This document shows positions 10,498 to 20,856 of a DNA stretch of 64,000 nucleotides, in pieces (the stretch's first letter is position 1; the number at the start of each line of letters is the position of its first letter). The notes beneath the pieces are model-generated. The model had not been told where the DNA came from, did not search any database, and saw nothing but the letters and a program-made list of their open reading frames with translations. Origin of the DNA: Bacilli bacterium (GTDB lineage: Bacteria > Bacillota_I > Bacilli_A > RFN20 > DUOF01); contig JAFWYE010000008.1 in assembly GCA_017517765.1 (NCBI GenBank), positions 120 through 64,119 on the forward strand, written 5' to 3'. The position numbers were made by a program, and so were the translations under genes.

Positions 10498-10911
10498 TTA
10501 TTTTTTAAATATGATCTTTGTATCTGATCCTTCTTCAAATGGGATATATAACTTATTCCTATCAATTCTTCCCATTTCTTGATCGAATGCGCCTGTTTCT
10601 TCATTCTTTATCATGAGTTTATTATCTTCGATTTTATATTGCTCTTTTTTTAACTCTTCAGTTTCACCATCCGCTACGTATCTCATAGTTGCCCATTCTT
10701 TGCCTAACTCAACTTCTAATCCAGCAAATATTTCACAAACTTCAACAACCTCTTCCTCTAGCGTATCTGGTTTAGTGCAATCATATAGTTTTTCCTCTCC
10801 ATCTTCTACAGTTATAATAGAATGGAACTTATAAACTCCTTCCTTAGAACATGCACATCCTGAAACAAGTAAAGTAAATGCAGCAACAAGCGATAAAAGT
10901 AATTTTTTCAT
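10498..10911 (-). CDS. Lipoprotein
   Basis: MKKLLLSLVAAFTLLVSGCAC is a signal peptide plus lipobox. Confidence 0.7.
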   Translation of the reverse strand: MKKLLLSLVAAFTLLVSGCACSKEGVYKFHSIITVEDGEEKLYDCTKPDTLEEEVVEVCEIFAGLEVELGKEWATMRYVADGETEELKKEQYKIEDNKLMIKNEETGAFDQEMGRIDRNKLYIPFEEGSDTKIIFKK

Positions 10912-10978
10912 ATTACCCCTCCTTAACTACATATTATCAAAAAAAATACTATACAAAAAAATAATTGCTATATTTTTT

Positions 10979-11947
10979 TTATTTTTTCATATTAAGAAAA
11001 GACATCACTAAACTAACAATAATTTCTTTTTCTTCTGGCCTACTCTCTGCAATAAGAAGAGTTATTGCAACTAAAGTAGCATCATCTATAACTTTTACAT
11101 TGTTTTTATATAACATATTATTTTTATATAGAAAGTAAATAAATATAGCTGCAGCTATACGTTTATTACCATCATAAAAAGAATGATTTTTAGTAACAAA
11201 ATATAATAAATTAGCAGCTTTTTCTTCTCTTGAATCATATAAATCTTTTCCAAACATAGTTTGATATATAGCATTAATACTAGAATTAAATGATCCATCT
11301 TTTTCCTTGCCAAATAACTCACTATCAAATTTCATTAAATTCATAGTATCTATGATATGCCTGCATTCTTCATAACTAATTTTATAGCATTCTTTAACTC
11401 CGCTAGGCTTTTTAACGCACTCATGGTCATAATCATCTAATAGAGATAATGCTTTATTATATTCAAGTATAGCATCTAAGATTGCCTTACCTTCTTCACT
11501 TGTAAGATTTTTACTAGTTCTAGAAACTATATTTATCAAATTAAAACTTTTTTCTAACTTCTCTAATCTCTTTTCATTTTTAACATATCCCTCTAGCAAA
11601 TATTTTTTCAAAACATTATTGGCCCATTTTCTAAAAGCTATTCCTCTTTTAGACTTTATTCTATATCCAACACTAATTATCATATCTAAATTATAATATT
11701 CTATACTTCTATTAACTTCTCTACTTCCCTCTTTTTGAACTGTTGCAAAATTTGCAATAGTTTCTTCTTTTAAAAGTTCTTCTTCATTAAATATATTTTT
11801 TATATGCCTAGATATAACAGACTTATCTCTATCAAATAAAATAGAGATTTCCTCTAAATTAAGCCAGACCGTATTATTACTTTCATCTACTTTTACTTCT
11901 AATTCTAAATCTTCTTCATTAAAAACAACTAGATCAAATTTATTCAT
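10979..11947 (-). CDS. RhuM-like N-terminal domain fused to a Doc/Fic domain
   Basis: N-terminus (VWLNLEEISILFDRDKSVISRHIKNIF... GYRIKSKRGIAFRKWAN) is RhuM-like. C-terminus has HSFYDGNKRIAAAIF, the Doc-type variant of the Fic motif HxFx(D/N)(A/G)NKR. Confidence 0.7.
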   Translation of the reverse strand: MNKFDLVVFNEEDLELEVKVDESNNTVWLNLEEISILFDRDKSVISRHIKNIFNEEELLKEETIANFATVQKEGSREVNRSIEYYNLDMIISVGYRIKSKRGIAFRKWANNVLKKYLLEGYVKNEKRLEKLEKSFNLINIVSRTSKNLTSEEGKAILDAILEYNKALSLLDDYDHECVKKPSGVKECYKISYEECRHIIDTMNLMKFDSELFGKEKDGSFNSSINAIYQTMFGKDLYDSREEKAANLLYFVTKNHSFYDGNKRIAAAIFIYFLYKNNMLYKNNVKVIDDATLVAITLLIAESRPEEKEIIVSLVMSFLNMKK

Positions 11948-12117
11948 TTTTCTCTCTCCTTTCTACTTTTAATACTTAACATCTACATTATCATATTAAA
12001 AAAGCATTATTACACCTCCTTTTATAATGATTTAATACCATATAATGAAGTCTCAATAATGCTTATAGTTTCATTACATCTTGATTCTATCAAACACGTC
12101 GAAATTTGTCTATTTTT
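11948..12117 (-). repeat. Copy A of a ~170-bp duplicated upstream element (5' of the RhuM-Doc gene)
   Basis: Aligns by eye at roughly 70 percent identity with 21889..22052. Shared blocks: AAAAAAGCATTA..ACACCTCC, TATAATGAA, GTTTCATTACA (12068..12078), TATCAAA, TGTCTATTTTT (12107..12117), and the RBS region AAAGGAG(G)GAGAGA. Confidence 0.7.
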
Positions 12118-12191
12118 GCAATTAGTTAATGAATTATTGTTTGACTAAATTAAGGTAGGTAGCTATACTAGAGGCAAGGAGTGATATATAG

Positions 12192-12722
12192 ATGAAGAAA
12201 ACATTAAGAAGTATCATATTAAGCTTTATAGCAGTATTCACATTTGTTGTGGCAGGTTGTAGTTGTAATTTCTTTACAGAAACTTATTCTGGAAAAGGAA
12301 TGACTATTACAATGGATAGAGGTTTTGAAGAAGAAACTTCTGAAGAATACGATTACACTTGGTTTCTTACTAAAAGAGATGCTATGATGATTGCTATAAA
12401 AGAAGAATTTGAAGAAGGCTTTAGCTCAACTGAATACACACTAGAAGAATATACAGATTTAGTTCAAGATGCTAACTTAACTAACCATCCAGTTCATACA
12501 AGAGAAAATGAAAATTATATGTATTATTCATATAATGCATCTTCTGAGGGTAACACATATTACTATATGGTTACAACTCACGTTAGTGCTGATGCTTTCT
12601 GGATCATTCAATTTGTATGCTTTGCAGAAGACAAGAGCAAATTTGAACCTAAGTTCTTAACTTGGGCTGACTCAGTAACTTTTGATGCTGATGCAAATAC
12701 TCAAACAGGTGAAGGTGTATAA
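12192..12722 (+). CDS. Lipoprotein
   Basis: MKKTLRSIILSFIAVFTFVVAGCSC is a signal peptide plus lipobox. Confidence 0.7.
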   Translation: MKKTLRSIILSFIAVFTFVVAGCSCNFFTETYSGKGMTITMDRGFEEETSEEYDYTWFLTKRDAMMIAIKEEFEEGFSSTEYTLEEYTDLVQDANLTNHPVHTRENENYMYYSYNASSEGNTYYYMVTTHVSADAFWIIQFVCFAEDKSKFEPKFLTWADSVTFDADANTQTGEGV

Positions 12723-12726
12723 AAAA

Positions 12727-12750
12727 AGAGCAGTAAATCTGCTCTTTTTT
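12727..12750. terminator. Bidirectional rho-independent terminator
   Basis: AGAGCAG-taaat-CTGCTCT flanked by A7 and T5, between convergent genes. Confidence 0.75.
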
Positions 12751-12752
12751 AT

Positions 12753-13718
12753 TTAAAATATAAATTCTTTTTTAATACTCCTCATAAATAATTTATCAAG
12801 TTCCTCTTTAGGATCTTTTTTATTATAAAGAATATTATATACAGTTTCGCATATTGGTAACTCTATATTCTTTTCTCTAGCAATATTTACCATCGCCTTA
12901 ACTGTATAATAACCCTCTGCTAAAGATGAATACTCTTCCCCTTTAACAAATGTTTCTCCAAATTTCCTGTTATGTGAATGCTCACTAAATACAGTAGCTT
13001 CATAATCACCTAAATGACATAATCCATATGCTGATAATTCATTACCACCCATAGCTTTAATAAATCTAGATATCTCTATTGTCCCTCTAGACATAAGTGC
13101 TCCCTTTAAAGAAGATAATCCAAATCCATCTAACATACCTGCAGCTATACCAATAACATTCTTACTAGCAGCACCGATTTCATTACCAATCATATCACTA
13201 CCATAATAGAATCTAATAAGGTTACTAGAAAACTCTTTTACTAGCATCTCTTTAGTATCATTATTTAAAGAATCTATAACCATACAATTAGGAACTCCCT
13301 TGACAAATTCTTCTACATGTCCTGGACCAATCCATACTGCTACATTACTAAATTCATCTTTAAATTCATCTACTACTTCACTTAATCTTTTACCAGTATC
13401 TATTTCAATACCCTTCATACATAAGATGTAAGTTTTATTAGTAACTCCTTTATCTTTTATTTCCTTCATTAATGCTCTTAATCCTTGAGAATTAATAGAA
13501 ATAACAATAATATCATTACTTAAAGCTTTATCTAAATCACAAGTTAATTCTAAAGTATCTTTTAAAACAACTTTTCCATTACTTCTAGTTTCTTTAAACC
13601 TAATGTAATCTTTAGAGGTACTTCTACCATATAAAGTTACACTTTTACCAATTAAATCTAGATAGTAAGCAATAAAACTTCCCCATCTACCACAGCCTAT
13701 AACTGTTACTTTATTCAT
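12753..13718 (-). CDS. gpsA: NAD(P)H-dependent glycerol-3-phosphate dehydrogenase-like protein (divergent GpsA paralogue)
   Basis: N-terminal Rossmann motif VTVIGCGRWGS; GPGHVEEF and KNVIGIAAGMLDGFGL match conserved GpsA blocks; 321 aa. Confidence 0.6.
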   Translation of the reverse strand: MNKVTVIGCGRWGSFIAYYLDLIGKSVTLYGRSTSKDYIRFKETRSNGKVVLKDTLELTCDLDKALSNDIIVISINSQGLRALMKEIKDKGVTNKTYILCMKGIEIDTGKRLSEVVDEFKDEFSNVAVWIGPGHVEEFVKGVPNCMVIDSLNNDTKEMLVKEFSSNLIRFYYGSDMIGNEIGAASKNVIGIAAGMLDGFGLSSLKGALMSRGTIEISRFIKAMGGNELSAYGLCHLGDYEATVFSEHSHNRKFGETFVKGEEYSSLAEGYYTVKAMVNIAREKNIELPICETVYNILYNKKDPKEELDKLFMRSIKKEFIF

Positions 13719-13729
13719 TATTTCACTCC

Positions 13730-14986
13730 CTATAAAACACTATATCTAGCCTTATATTTCTCTTTTAACTCTTTAAATTTAGTTATTAACTCTTCTTTAT
13801 TATTACTACGCTCTACATATATTTCAAATATATCATAGCTATCTTCATTTAATTCATCTAATAATTGTTTAAGCAAAGAATCTTTGTGTAATTTAGAATT
13901 AGTAATACACTTTAATGTATCACTAATATCAAAAGATACTCCAATATAATATTCATTCTTACTTACATTCTTTAAAACGTATAAAGCAATGATATTAACT
14001 AAATCATATTTTTCTAAGCTCTTATCTTTTACACTAACAAATTTTTCATTACATGTGTTTTCTACATAACCATAAGATACGATATCAATATCATCTACTT
14101 CACCCTCAAAATGATCATAAGAATTTGCATAATTAACTACTCCTGTTTTATCAAATTCATATTTCATATTCTCTTTAATCATCTTATCTTGATAATCTCT
14201 ATTTAAAAGAGCAATACCCGCTTCATTTTGTGCTTTTTTATTCTTTAATTCCTCTTCTTGTAAACTAAGTTCTTTCACTTCTTTGGATTTATTTAATAAC
14301 TTATTATCAATACTTTTAGCTCTTTTAAAAGCCCATTTAGATAATAATTTATGATTCTTAAATCCCAAATTTATTCCCTTATTTACATAAGTATATAAAC
14401 TAGCTTCTTCATCATTATTATTCTTATTTAACTTATTAATCTTTCTATTTAATAGAGCAATTTCATTATTTACTTTTTCAATATTAAAGATATAAGTATC
14501 TTTCTCTTTTTCATATTCTTCTTTTAGGTCAGTAACAATATGATGATGATAATACTCTATAAAATAATCTTTTGCCCATTTAGGAGTGCTTTCTTCTTTA
14601 CTAGTTATAGCAATTATAAAGTAAGCACTCTCTCTTATAGGCTCAACTTTATGAAATCTTAAAGCCTCAAACTCTTTTAAATTGGCACTAATATATTCTT
14701 CTACCCTATTTTCTTTTACTAAAACATCTGAATATATTGGGGTTTTAACATAATCAACTTGAGTATATCTTTCAATTTTCTTGTAATAGGTGTGATAAAG
14801 AAGAGTAACTTTAACCTGATTACTAATAGAACTATACTCTATATTTTCAATATACACTTTATTAATTCTCTCTTTTTCATCGATGTAAGTAGGTATCTCT
14901 ATTTCAGAATACTTATTCTTTTCTGTCTCAAGAAATAACTTCATCGCTTCTTTAAGTCTTAATTCATTATTTTCCATACCTATCAC
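13730..14986 (-). CDS. Coiled-coil protein with C-terminal GIY-YIG-like domain; partner of the giant helicase-nuclease
   Basis: The start abuts the stop of the upstream gene (TAG at 14987-14989; GTG 14986 or ATG 14977 with AGGTGA RBS). Central K/E/N-rich coiled coil. C-terminus ALYVLKNVSKNEYYIGVSFD...IFEIYVERSNNKEELITKFKELKEKY resembles GIY...YIG...E, but the usual Arg is not obvious. Confidence 0.5.
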   Translation of the reverse strand: MIGMENNELRLKEAMKLFLETEKNKYSEIEIPTYIDEKERINKVYIENIEYSSISNQVKVTLLYHTYYKKIERYTQVDYVKTPIYSDVLVKENRVEEYISANLKEFEALRFHKVEPIRESAYFIIAITSKEESTPKWAKDYFIEYYHHHIVTDLKEEYEKEKDTYIFNIEKVNNEIALLNRKINKLNKNNNDEEASLYTYVNKGINLGFKNHKLLSKWAFKRAKSIDNKLLNKSKEVKELSLQEEELKNKKAQNEAGIALLNRDYQDKMIKENMKYEFDKTGVVNYANSYDHFEGEVDDIDIVSYGYVENTCNEKFVSVKDKSLEKYDLVNIIALYVLKNVSKNEYYIGVSFDISDTLKCITNSKLHKDSLLKQLLDELNEDSYDIFEIYVERSNNKEELITKFKELKEKYKARYSVL

Positions 14987-17900
14987 CTAAAGCATACCCT
15001 TATCCTTAGCCCATTTATACGCTAACATTAATCTGTCTTTATTTCTCTTATTTAAAACCTTACTATTACACTCTAGTAATTCTAAAGTATATTTATATAG
15101 ATCTTCTTTTGGCAATGTTCCTTGTACTCTAGTTATTTGCATCATACAATTAGCAATTTCCATTCTGGAAATATCATATAAATCTTTTTTAGGAATTACT
15201 CTAAATCCCTTTAATTCTCTATTATCATCTCTCCAATAGAAGTATTGAGATTGATCATATTCTCTATATGTATAAAACTCTTCATTTAATATAGCTTCTA
15301 ATTCATTTTCTCTATTTTCACTAAATACACTAAATCCACAAGCCTTAGCTACTAGTTTCTTTAAATCACTATAAGCAATTGGTGAATATGCTTTAATAAT
15401 ATCTCTAATAACACTAGCAGCATTGTAGGCATATCCAGAGTCTTTATCATAATGAAGATATGGTAAATCTATCTCTTCATCTACAATAATTTCATATAGT
15501 GGTGCACTAAGCTCAGCTTTAGTAATATTAGCTTCAATTCTAGTAGTATCTCTAACATAATCTTTAGATATTTCTTCAATAATCTTATTTATAGTCTCTT
15601 TAGGATACTTAAAATACTCTAAAGCATAAACATGAATAGTCTTCCATTTCATTGAATTCAATACTTTATCTTGAACATAATATTTATCTCTACATGTAAT
15701 GTAATCATTAAATAATTTAGTATCGATAATAATACCTAATTCATAATCTCCAGTATCATTATTTTTAATAGCAAGATCTACTCTAAACTCACTATTACCA
15801 ACATTTGCATCTACAATAAATCCTAATTTTTCTAAATCACGTTTAATAAAGTATAAAATTGAAGAATCATCTACTGGACTTCTAGTAACTGGCATTGTTG
15901 CAGCTTCTTCTACATATTTTAAGAACTTCTTAATACATAACTCTCCTGGATTTTTAATTACATTATCTGGTCTAAATTGGTTATATCTTATAGTAGATAT
16001 TACAATCATCTTTTCCTTACTTCTACTAGCTACAACATTTAATCTTTTTTGACCATTGTTATCTCCTGCAATTAAAGGACCAGCAAGTCTAGGATAACCT
16101 GCCTTAGTTAAACCAAATCCAATAGATAAAATAATAATATCTCTTTCATCACCTTGAACATTTTCAATAGATTTAACAAACCAAGGTTCTACTTTTTCTA
16201 CTTTAGCATTTAATCTAGCATCACTTGCAAGTAAATTACTAATAGCACTACTAATCTTATCAGCTTGCTTAATATTAAATGAAATTATACCTACAGACTT
16301 TTCTTGAGTCTTTGGATTATTATAAATCTCTTTAAACTTCTTTAAAATAAGAGATAATTCTTCATCACTTATTTCAGAAGTTTGTTTTATCATACTTGTT
16401 TTAACATAATTAAACTCTATACACTTTTCATCACTACTAGATGAAGGGAAAGTATATAAAGAATCATTATAGAAATTATGATTAGAGAACTCAATTAATG
16501 CTTCATGCTTACTCCTGTAGTGGTAACATAACCTGTGTCTTGGCAACTCTATATCTAAACACTCTTGAAGTAATGATGAGGAATCAGAGAACTTATTAAT
16601 ATCATCTTCTTCATCATCATATATTTGAAGACCTGCTGAGAAATATGGAGATGGAGGCATTTGCTTAGGATCTCCTGCTACAATAAGAGAATTTCCTCTA
16701 GCAATAGGTCCTATTGCCTCACACGTAGGAATTTGAGAAGCCTCATCAAAAATAACTATATCAAATTTAGAAAATGCTTTACCTTTAGTATCATCAACAG
16801 ATAAATATTGTGCTGCACTTAAAGGAGACATAAGGAAACATGGAAAATAAGTTAAAATAACATCACTAAACTCAGATAAAGTGTTTCTAATAGATACTCC
16901 TCTACCATTAACACTTATACTCTTCTTTAATCTACCAATAGCACCATGCTCAGAATAATTAACATCATTTCTAACAAACTTTTCAGATAACTTACTAGAT
17001 ACATACTCAATAGTAATATTGTTATATTCACTAATTGCATCTTTATACTTATTTATCTTTTCATTTAATTCAGATGGTAAGAAATCATTAATTTCTTTCT
17101 TAGTAAAATATAATCCTAAATAACCATAAGAAAGAGATAAATCAAGTAATGCTTTAAGTTCATTATATCTACAATTAGAGTGAATAACTTGTAACAATAA
17201 ATCATAAATACCATTATTAATAAATCCATCATTTAACTTATTAATCGTAGAAATATCTACTAATTCTCCATAATTATCCTTATCTTCCATATACTCAAGT
17301 AATTCAAGTAATGAATCAAAATAATTATCGCTCTTAGATAAAACATCTTTATTAATCTTATATTTATTAACTATCTTATCATCATAAACTTTGTAATTAT
17401 TAAATGCTTCCATAACTAGAGCATAATTCATCTTAATAACTGGATTATCACTAGTCTTAAGTGATAAGAAATATGATAAAGCTTCATCAAATGAAGTTTC
17501 ACTAACTATTCCTTTAACTAATGTAACAAACTCTTTAGTTAACTCATAATTTTCTTTAACACTATCTAATTCATCTAATGCTTTATAAATATTAAGTCCA
17601 GTAATCTTATTAAAGATATCATTATCTTTTAATAACTCTTCTTTCTTTTCTATATAGTTTTCTATATCTAAAACGATATTACCAAGCATAGCCTTATTAA
17701 CCTTATCTTTAAAATATGGTTTAAATTCTTTTTTAGCATAACTAACAGCACTATTTTTACTAAACATACCATTAGCTTTCCTTAGCTTCTTAGTAATTTT
17801 AGTAATATTTGTATTGCTTAAAAGAGCATCAATATCCATTAACTCATTAAATTTATTTCTTTCAGTTAGTAAATACTCCATTTTTTCAAATATCTTATAC

Positions 17901-20737
17901 ATATTGTCACTATTTAATAAAACATCTCCCATAGCATTAACATAGATATTTTTATTAATGATATAGTCATATAACTTAAAAATATTCTCTACATTACTAG
18001 TAGTACTACTAACCTTAAAAGGAAGAGCCTCTATAAACTTTTTAGTCTCTTTTATAAATTTCTCTACACTAACTCTAATCTCATGTACATCTTTTAAAAT
18101 AGTTTCTTTATCAGTAAAGAAGTTAATATCTTCAATTCCTACAGGCTTTAAAATACAACCATCAAAATTACTAATATTTTTAGCCTTAGATTCATATAAA
18201 TAAATCAAATCTACTAGCTTATTATATTTATCTTTATCTAAGCTCATTAAGAATTCTTTATTAAACTCTATCTTATATTTATCTAAGTATTGATATCTTT
18301 TAGTATTTACTATGCAATCATATAAAGAAAAATAATGTTCATTTTGATCGTGCATATCATTAATCTTTTTTCTTAGTTCATTTTTCTTTCTAGTTAACTC
18401 TATACATTTTTCTTTATATTCATCTGGCTCACTAGTTTGACCAAACTCCATACTAGAACCAAGTTTAGAAAAGAAATCACCTTTAGTAGACTTATTACTG
18501 TGTAACTCTAAACAAAATCTACCTAAACCAATACTTTCTAATCTTTTATAAACAACATCTAAAGCAGCCTTCTTTTCTGCTACAAATAATACTTTCTTTC
18601 CATTATAAAAAGCATTAACTATCATATTAACAATAGTTTGAGACTTACCTGTACCTGGAGGGCCATCAAGAATAAATGACTTCCCTGCACCACAATCTAA
18701 TATTGCCTTAAGTTGAGATGAATCATATGGTAAAGGAGCAGCAAAATCTTCATACTTTTCCAAATTTTCTACTGACTCTTCATCACTTATAACTTTACTA
18801 GTTAATAAGTTACCATTACTAATAATAGACTTTACTATTGGATTTTGTTGTAACTCTTTTCTACGGTTAATCATATCTAAATACATGATTTGATTAGCAA
18901 AAGAGATATTAGAGATATAATATCTATCATCTTCTAAATCCACATCTATATTCTCTTTTTGGCACTTAACTCTAAACTTATCTACTATATCTAGATAGTT
19001 AGTTATATCATTAACATTATAAAAATCATCAAAATTCAGTTCTTTATTGAATACTTTCATATATTCAAATACAGTTTCATTAATTCTTAAATCACCTAAG
19101 TCATAATGTAAACATAAACCTCTACCCACATCTTTTCTTATAGTGACAGGTAAAAGTAAGAAAGGAGCACATAACCTATCCTTATTAGTTCTTTTTCTTG
19201 TATTAGGATTAGCATAGTTTAATATACCAATAGATAAATATAGTGTTGAAGATCCAGTTTCTTCTTGAGCACTTTTAGCAACTTTTAAAATATGATTAAA
19301 ACTAGATTCATTACTAGCAAGACATAATACTTCTAAATCATTACTAGTAAAGAAGTCTTTAAATTCTTTATCATCACTGTGAATAAATATACCTAAACTA
19401 TCAGTATTTAATCTATGTAAATCTAGAGTATCATACTTTAATAATTGTTTTATAAAATCTTTTCCAATAAGTCTAATAGAGTTATTATTAGCAAACTTAT
19501 AACTTACTAGTTTATTTCTTTCAGATAAATCTAATAATTTTCTCTCCCACACTACAAATCTATTCATTGCAAAATCATCAATTGCAATATCTTTATATTC
19601 TCTAGTAATAATAGGATTTAAATCTCTATCTCTTATTTCTTTTTGTTTAACATAGTTTTCTAATTCATAATCCTCTTTATCTGTATGAATTGGCTTAAAC
19701 TCTAGTGCACTATGACACCAATTTATATCTATAGCATTAAAAGTATGACCACTATACATCTTTAATTTTTTACTAGCCATATCTATAGCATCTTGAAGTG
19801 AAGCTTCATTACCTGAGGTAATACAAGTAGTCTCAATAAAGATAACTTTACCCTCATTACTTAACTTTTTAATATCGCTTAAATTAGTATAGATTCCATC
19901 ACTATTAACTATACCCTTTTCCTTATCCATATAATCCCATAAATACACACCTACAAAAGCATGATTATCAATAGTAATAAGTAAAGGGTAATAACCAATC
20001 TCTAATAAACAAGCGCAAAATAAGATACTTGAATCTAGACAAGTAGCTTTTTTATCCTTTATAACTTCTTCAATCATTCTTATTCTTTGAACAAGAGAGG
20101 TAGAAGCTGGAGGATTTTGATATATGATATTTAAATCATGTAAAGTAATATAAATTCTTTCTATCTCCTTTAACATTTCATTTTTATCAAAGTTTTGATA
20201 TGCAAGAAAATAGTTACCATTATTTTTAAGTAATGCTTGGTTAGAGATATTTTTAACATGACTTGATAATGGAGTTACATATTTAGCTAGTAGTCTAGGA
20301 TCCTTATTTATATTTTCTGTAGGTAATGAAATAGGTAAAACATTAAATACATGTTCATCACTAGCTACTACTAAATCTTCATTAATTGAGATAACCTCTA
20401 CTCTTAATGAGCAAGATATAGGCTCTACTAGTTCACTTAATTTCTTTTTATCTACTTTTATAAATGGAAGTCTTACATCTCCTCCAGTAACAGGAAAAGG
20501 TGGTAATACTATATCATCAATATGAAAAATATCACTACTAAACTTAAAAGATAACATAAGACCAGGAATCATTTCCTCACTCTTATTTTTTATTTCTATC
20601 TTTTTAATTAGTGATAAATCAGTGTGATCAATATCATTTCTAGCACGAAGATATGCATCACTATGATAATCAATATAAGTAAACTCTTTTGCTATTGTAC
20701 ATATTATCTCTAATTCTAGTTCATTATTTTCACTCAT
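14987..20737 (-). CDS. Giant DUF4011 / Upf1-like SF1 helicase / Vsr-like (DUF559-type) endonuclease / DUF3320 protein (Hhe-like)
   Basis: VVWERKLLDLSERNKLVSYKF (DUF4011-like). Walker A DGPPGTGKSQT, motif II IVIFDEASQ, GDPKQMPP, VQGDERDIIILS and RLNVVASRSKEKM (AAA_11/AAA_12 helicase). LGFIVDANVGNSEFRVDLAI...ELGIIIDT (Vsr/DUF559-like). C-terminal DUF3320-like tail. N-terminal KATCLDSSILFCACLLEIGYYPLLITIDNHAFVGV is transglutaminase-like. Start placed at ATG 20737 (AGGGAG RBS); the track starts at GTG 20746. Confidence 0.75.
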   Translation of the reverse strand: MSENNELELEIICTIAKEFTYIDYHSDAYLRARNDIDHTDLSLIKKIEIKNKSEEMIPGLMLSFKFSSDIFHIDDIVLPPFPVTGGDVRLPFIKVDKKKLSELVEPISCSLRVEVISINEDLVVASDEHVFNVLPISLPTENINKDPRLLAKYVTPLSSHVKNISNQALLKNNGNYFLAYQNFDKNEMLKEIERIYITLHDLNIIYQNPPASTSLVQRIRMIEEVIKDKKATCLDSSILFCACLLEIGYYPLLITIDNHAFVGVYLWDYMDKEKGIVNSDGIYTNLSDIKKLSNEGKVIFIETTCITSGNEASLQDAIDMASKKLKMYSGHTFNAIDINWCHSALEFKPIHTDKEDYELENYVKQKEIRDRDLNPIITREYKDIAIDDFAMNRFVVWERKLLDLSERNKLVSYKFANNNSIRLIGKDFIKQLLKYDTLDLHRLNTDSLGIFIHSDDKEFKDFFTSNDLEVLCLASNESSFNHILKVAKSAQEETGSSTLYLSIGILNYANPNTRKRTNKDRLCAPFLLLPVTIRKDVGRGLCLHYDLGDLRINETVFEYMKVFNKELNFDDFYNVNDITNYLDIVDKFRVKCQKENIDVDLEDDRYYISNISFANQIMYLDMINRRKELQQNPIVKSIISNGNLLTSKVISDEESVENLEKYEDFAAPLPYDSSQLKAILDCGAGKSFILDGPPGTGKSQTIVNMIVNAFYNGKKVLFVAEKKAALDVVYKRLESIGLGRFCLELHSNKSTKGDFFSKLGSSMEFGQTSEPDEYKEKCIELTRKKNELRKKINDMHDQNEHYFSLYDCIVNTKRYQYLDKYKIEFNKEFLMSLDKDKYNKLVDLIYLYESKAKNISNFDGCILKPVGIEDINFFTDKETILKDVHEIRVSVEKFIKETKKFIEALPFKVSSTTSNVENIFKLYDYIINKNIYVNAMGDVLLNSDNMYKIFEKMEYLLTERNKFNELMDIDALLSNTNITKITKKLRKANGMFSKNSAVSYAKKEFKPYFKDKVNKAMLGNIVLDIENYIEKKEELLKDNDIFNKITGLNIYKALDELDSVKENYELTKEFVTLVKGIVSETSFDEALSYFLSLKTSDNPVIKMNYALVMEAFNNYKVYDDKIVNKYKINKDVLSKSDNYFDSLLELLEYMEDKDNYGELVDISTINKLNDGFINNGIYDLLLQVIHSNCRYNELKALLDLSLSYGYLGLYFTKKEINDFLPSELNEKINKYKDAISEYNNITIEYVSSKLSEKFVRNDVNYSEHGAIGRLKKSISVNGRGVSIRNTLSEFSDVILTYFPCFLMSPLSAAQYLSVDDTKGKAFSKFDIVIFDEASQIPTCEAIGPIARGNSLIVAGDPKQMPPSPYFSAGLQIYDDEEDDINKFSDSSSLLQECLDIELPRHRLCYHYRSKHEALIEFSNHNFYNDSLYTFPSSSSDEKCIEFNYVKTSMIKQTSEISDEELSLILKKFKEIYNNPKTQEKSVGIISFNIKQADKISSAISNLLASDARLNAKVEKVEPWFVKSIENVQGDERDIIILSIGFGLTKAGYPRLAGPLIAGDNNGQKRLNVVASRSKEKMIVISTIRYNQFRPDNVIKNPGELCIKKFLKYVEEAATMPVTRSPVDDSSILYFIKRDLEKLGFIVDANVGNSEFRVDLAIKNNDTGDYELGIIIDTKLFNDYITCRDKYYVQDKVLNSMKWKTIHVYALEYFKYPKETINKIIEEISKDYVRDTTRIEANITKAELSAPLYEIIVDEEIDLPYLHYDKDSGYAYNAASVIRDIIKAYSPIAYSDLKKLVAKACGFSVFSENRENELEAILNEEFYTYREYDQSQYFYWRDDNRELKGFRVIPKKDLYDISRMEIANCMMQITRVQGTLPKEDLYKYTLELLECNSKVLNKRNKDRLMLAYKWAKDKGML

Positions 20738-20856
20738 TATCTTCACTCCCTAGCATACTCAAAAATTATAACACAAATATCTAACTTATAAAATAACTTA
20801 CACAATATTAAAAGAATGTAGTTATACTACATACTTTTATACGAAATAACATTTGC

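Noticed and set aside
12040-12050. Perfect plus-strand TATAAT inside both copies of the duplicated upstream element, as the promoter of a plus-strand small RNA
   Set aside because: There is no consistent -35. No conserved terminator follows on the plus strand. In copy B a plus-strand transcript would simply run antisense into the methyltransferase gene. The long AAGCATTATT/AATAATGCTT stem seen in copy A is not conserved in copy B.
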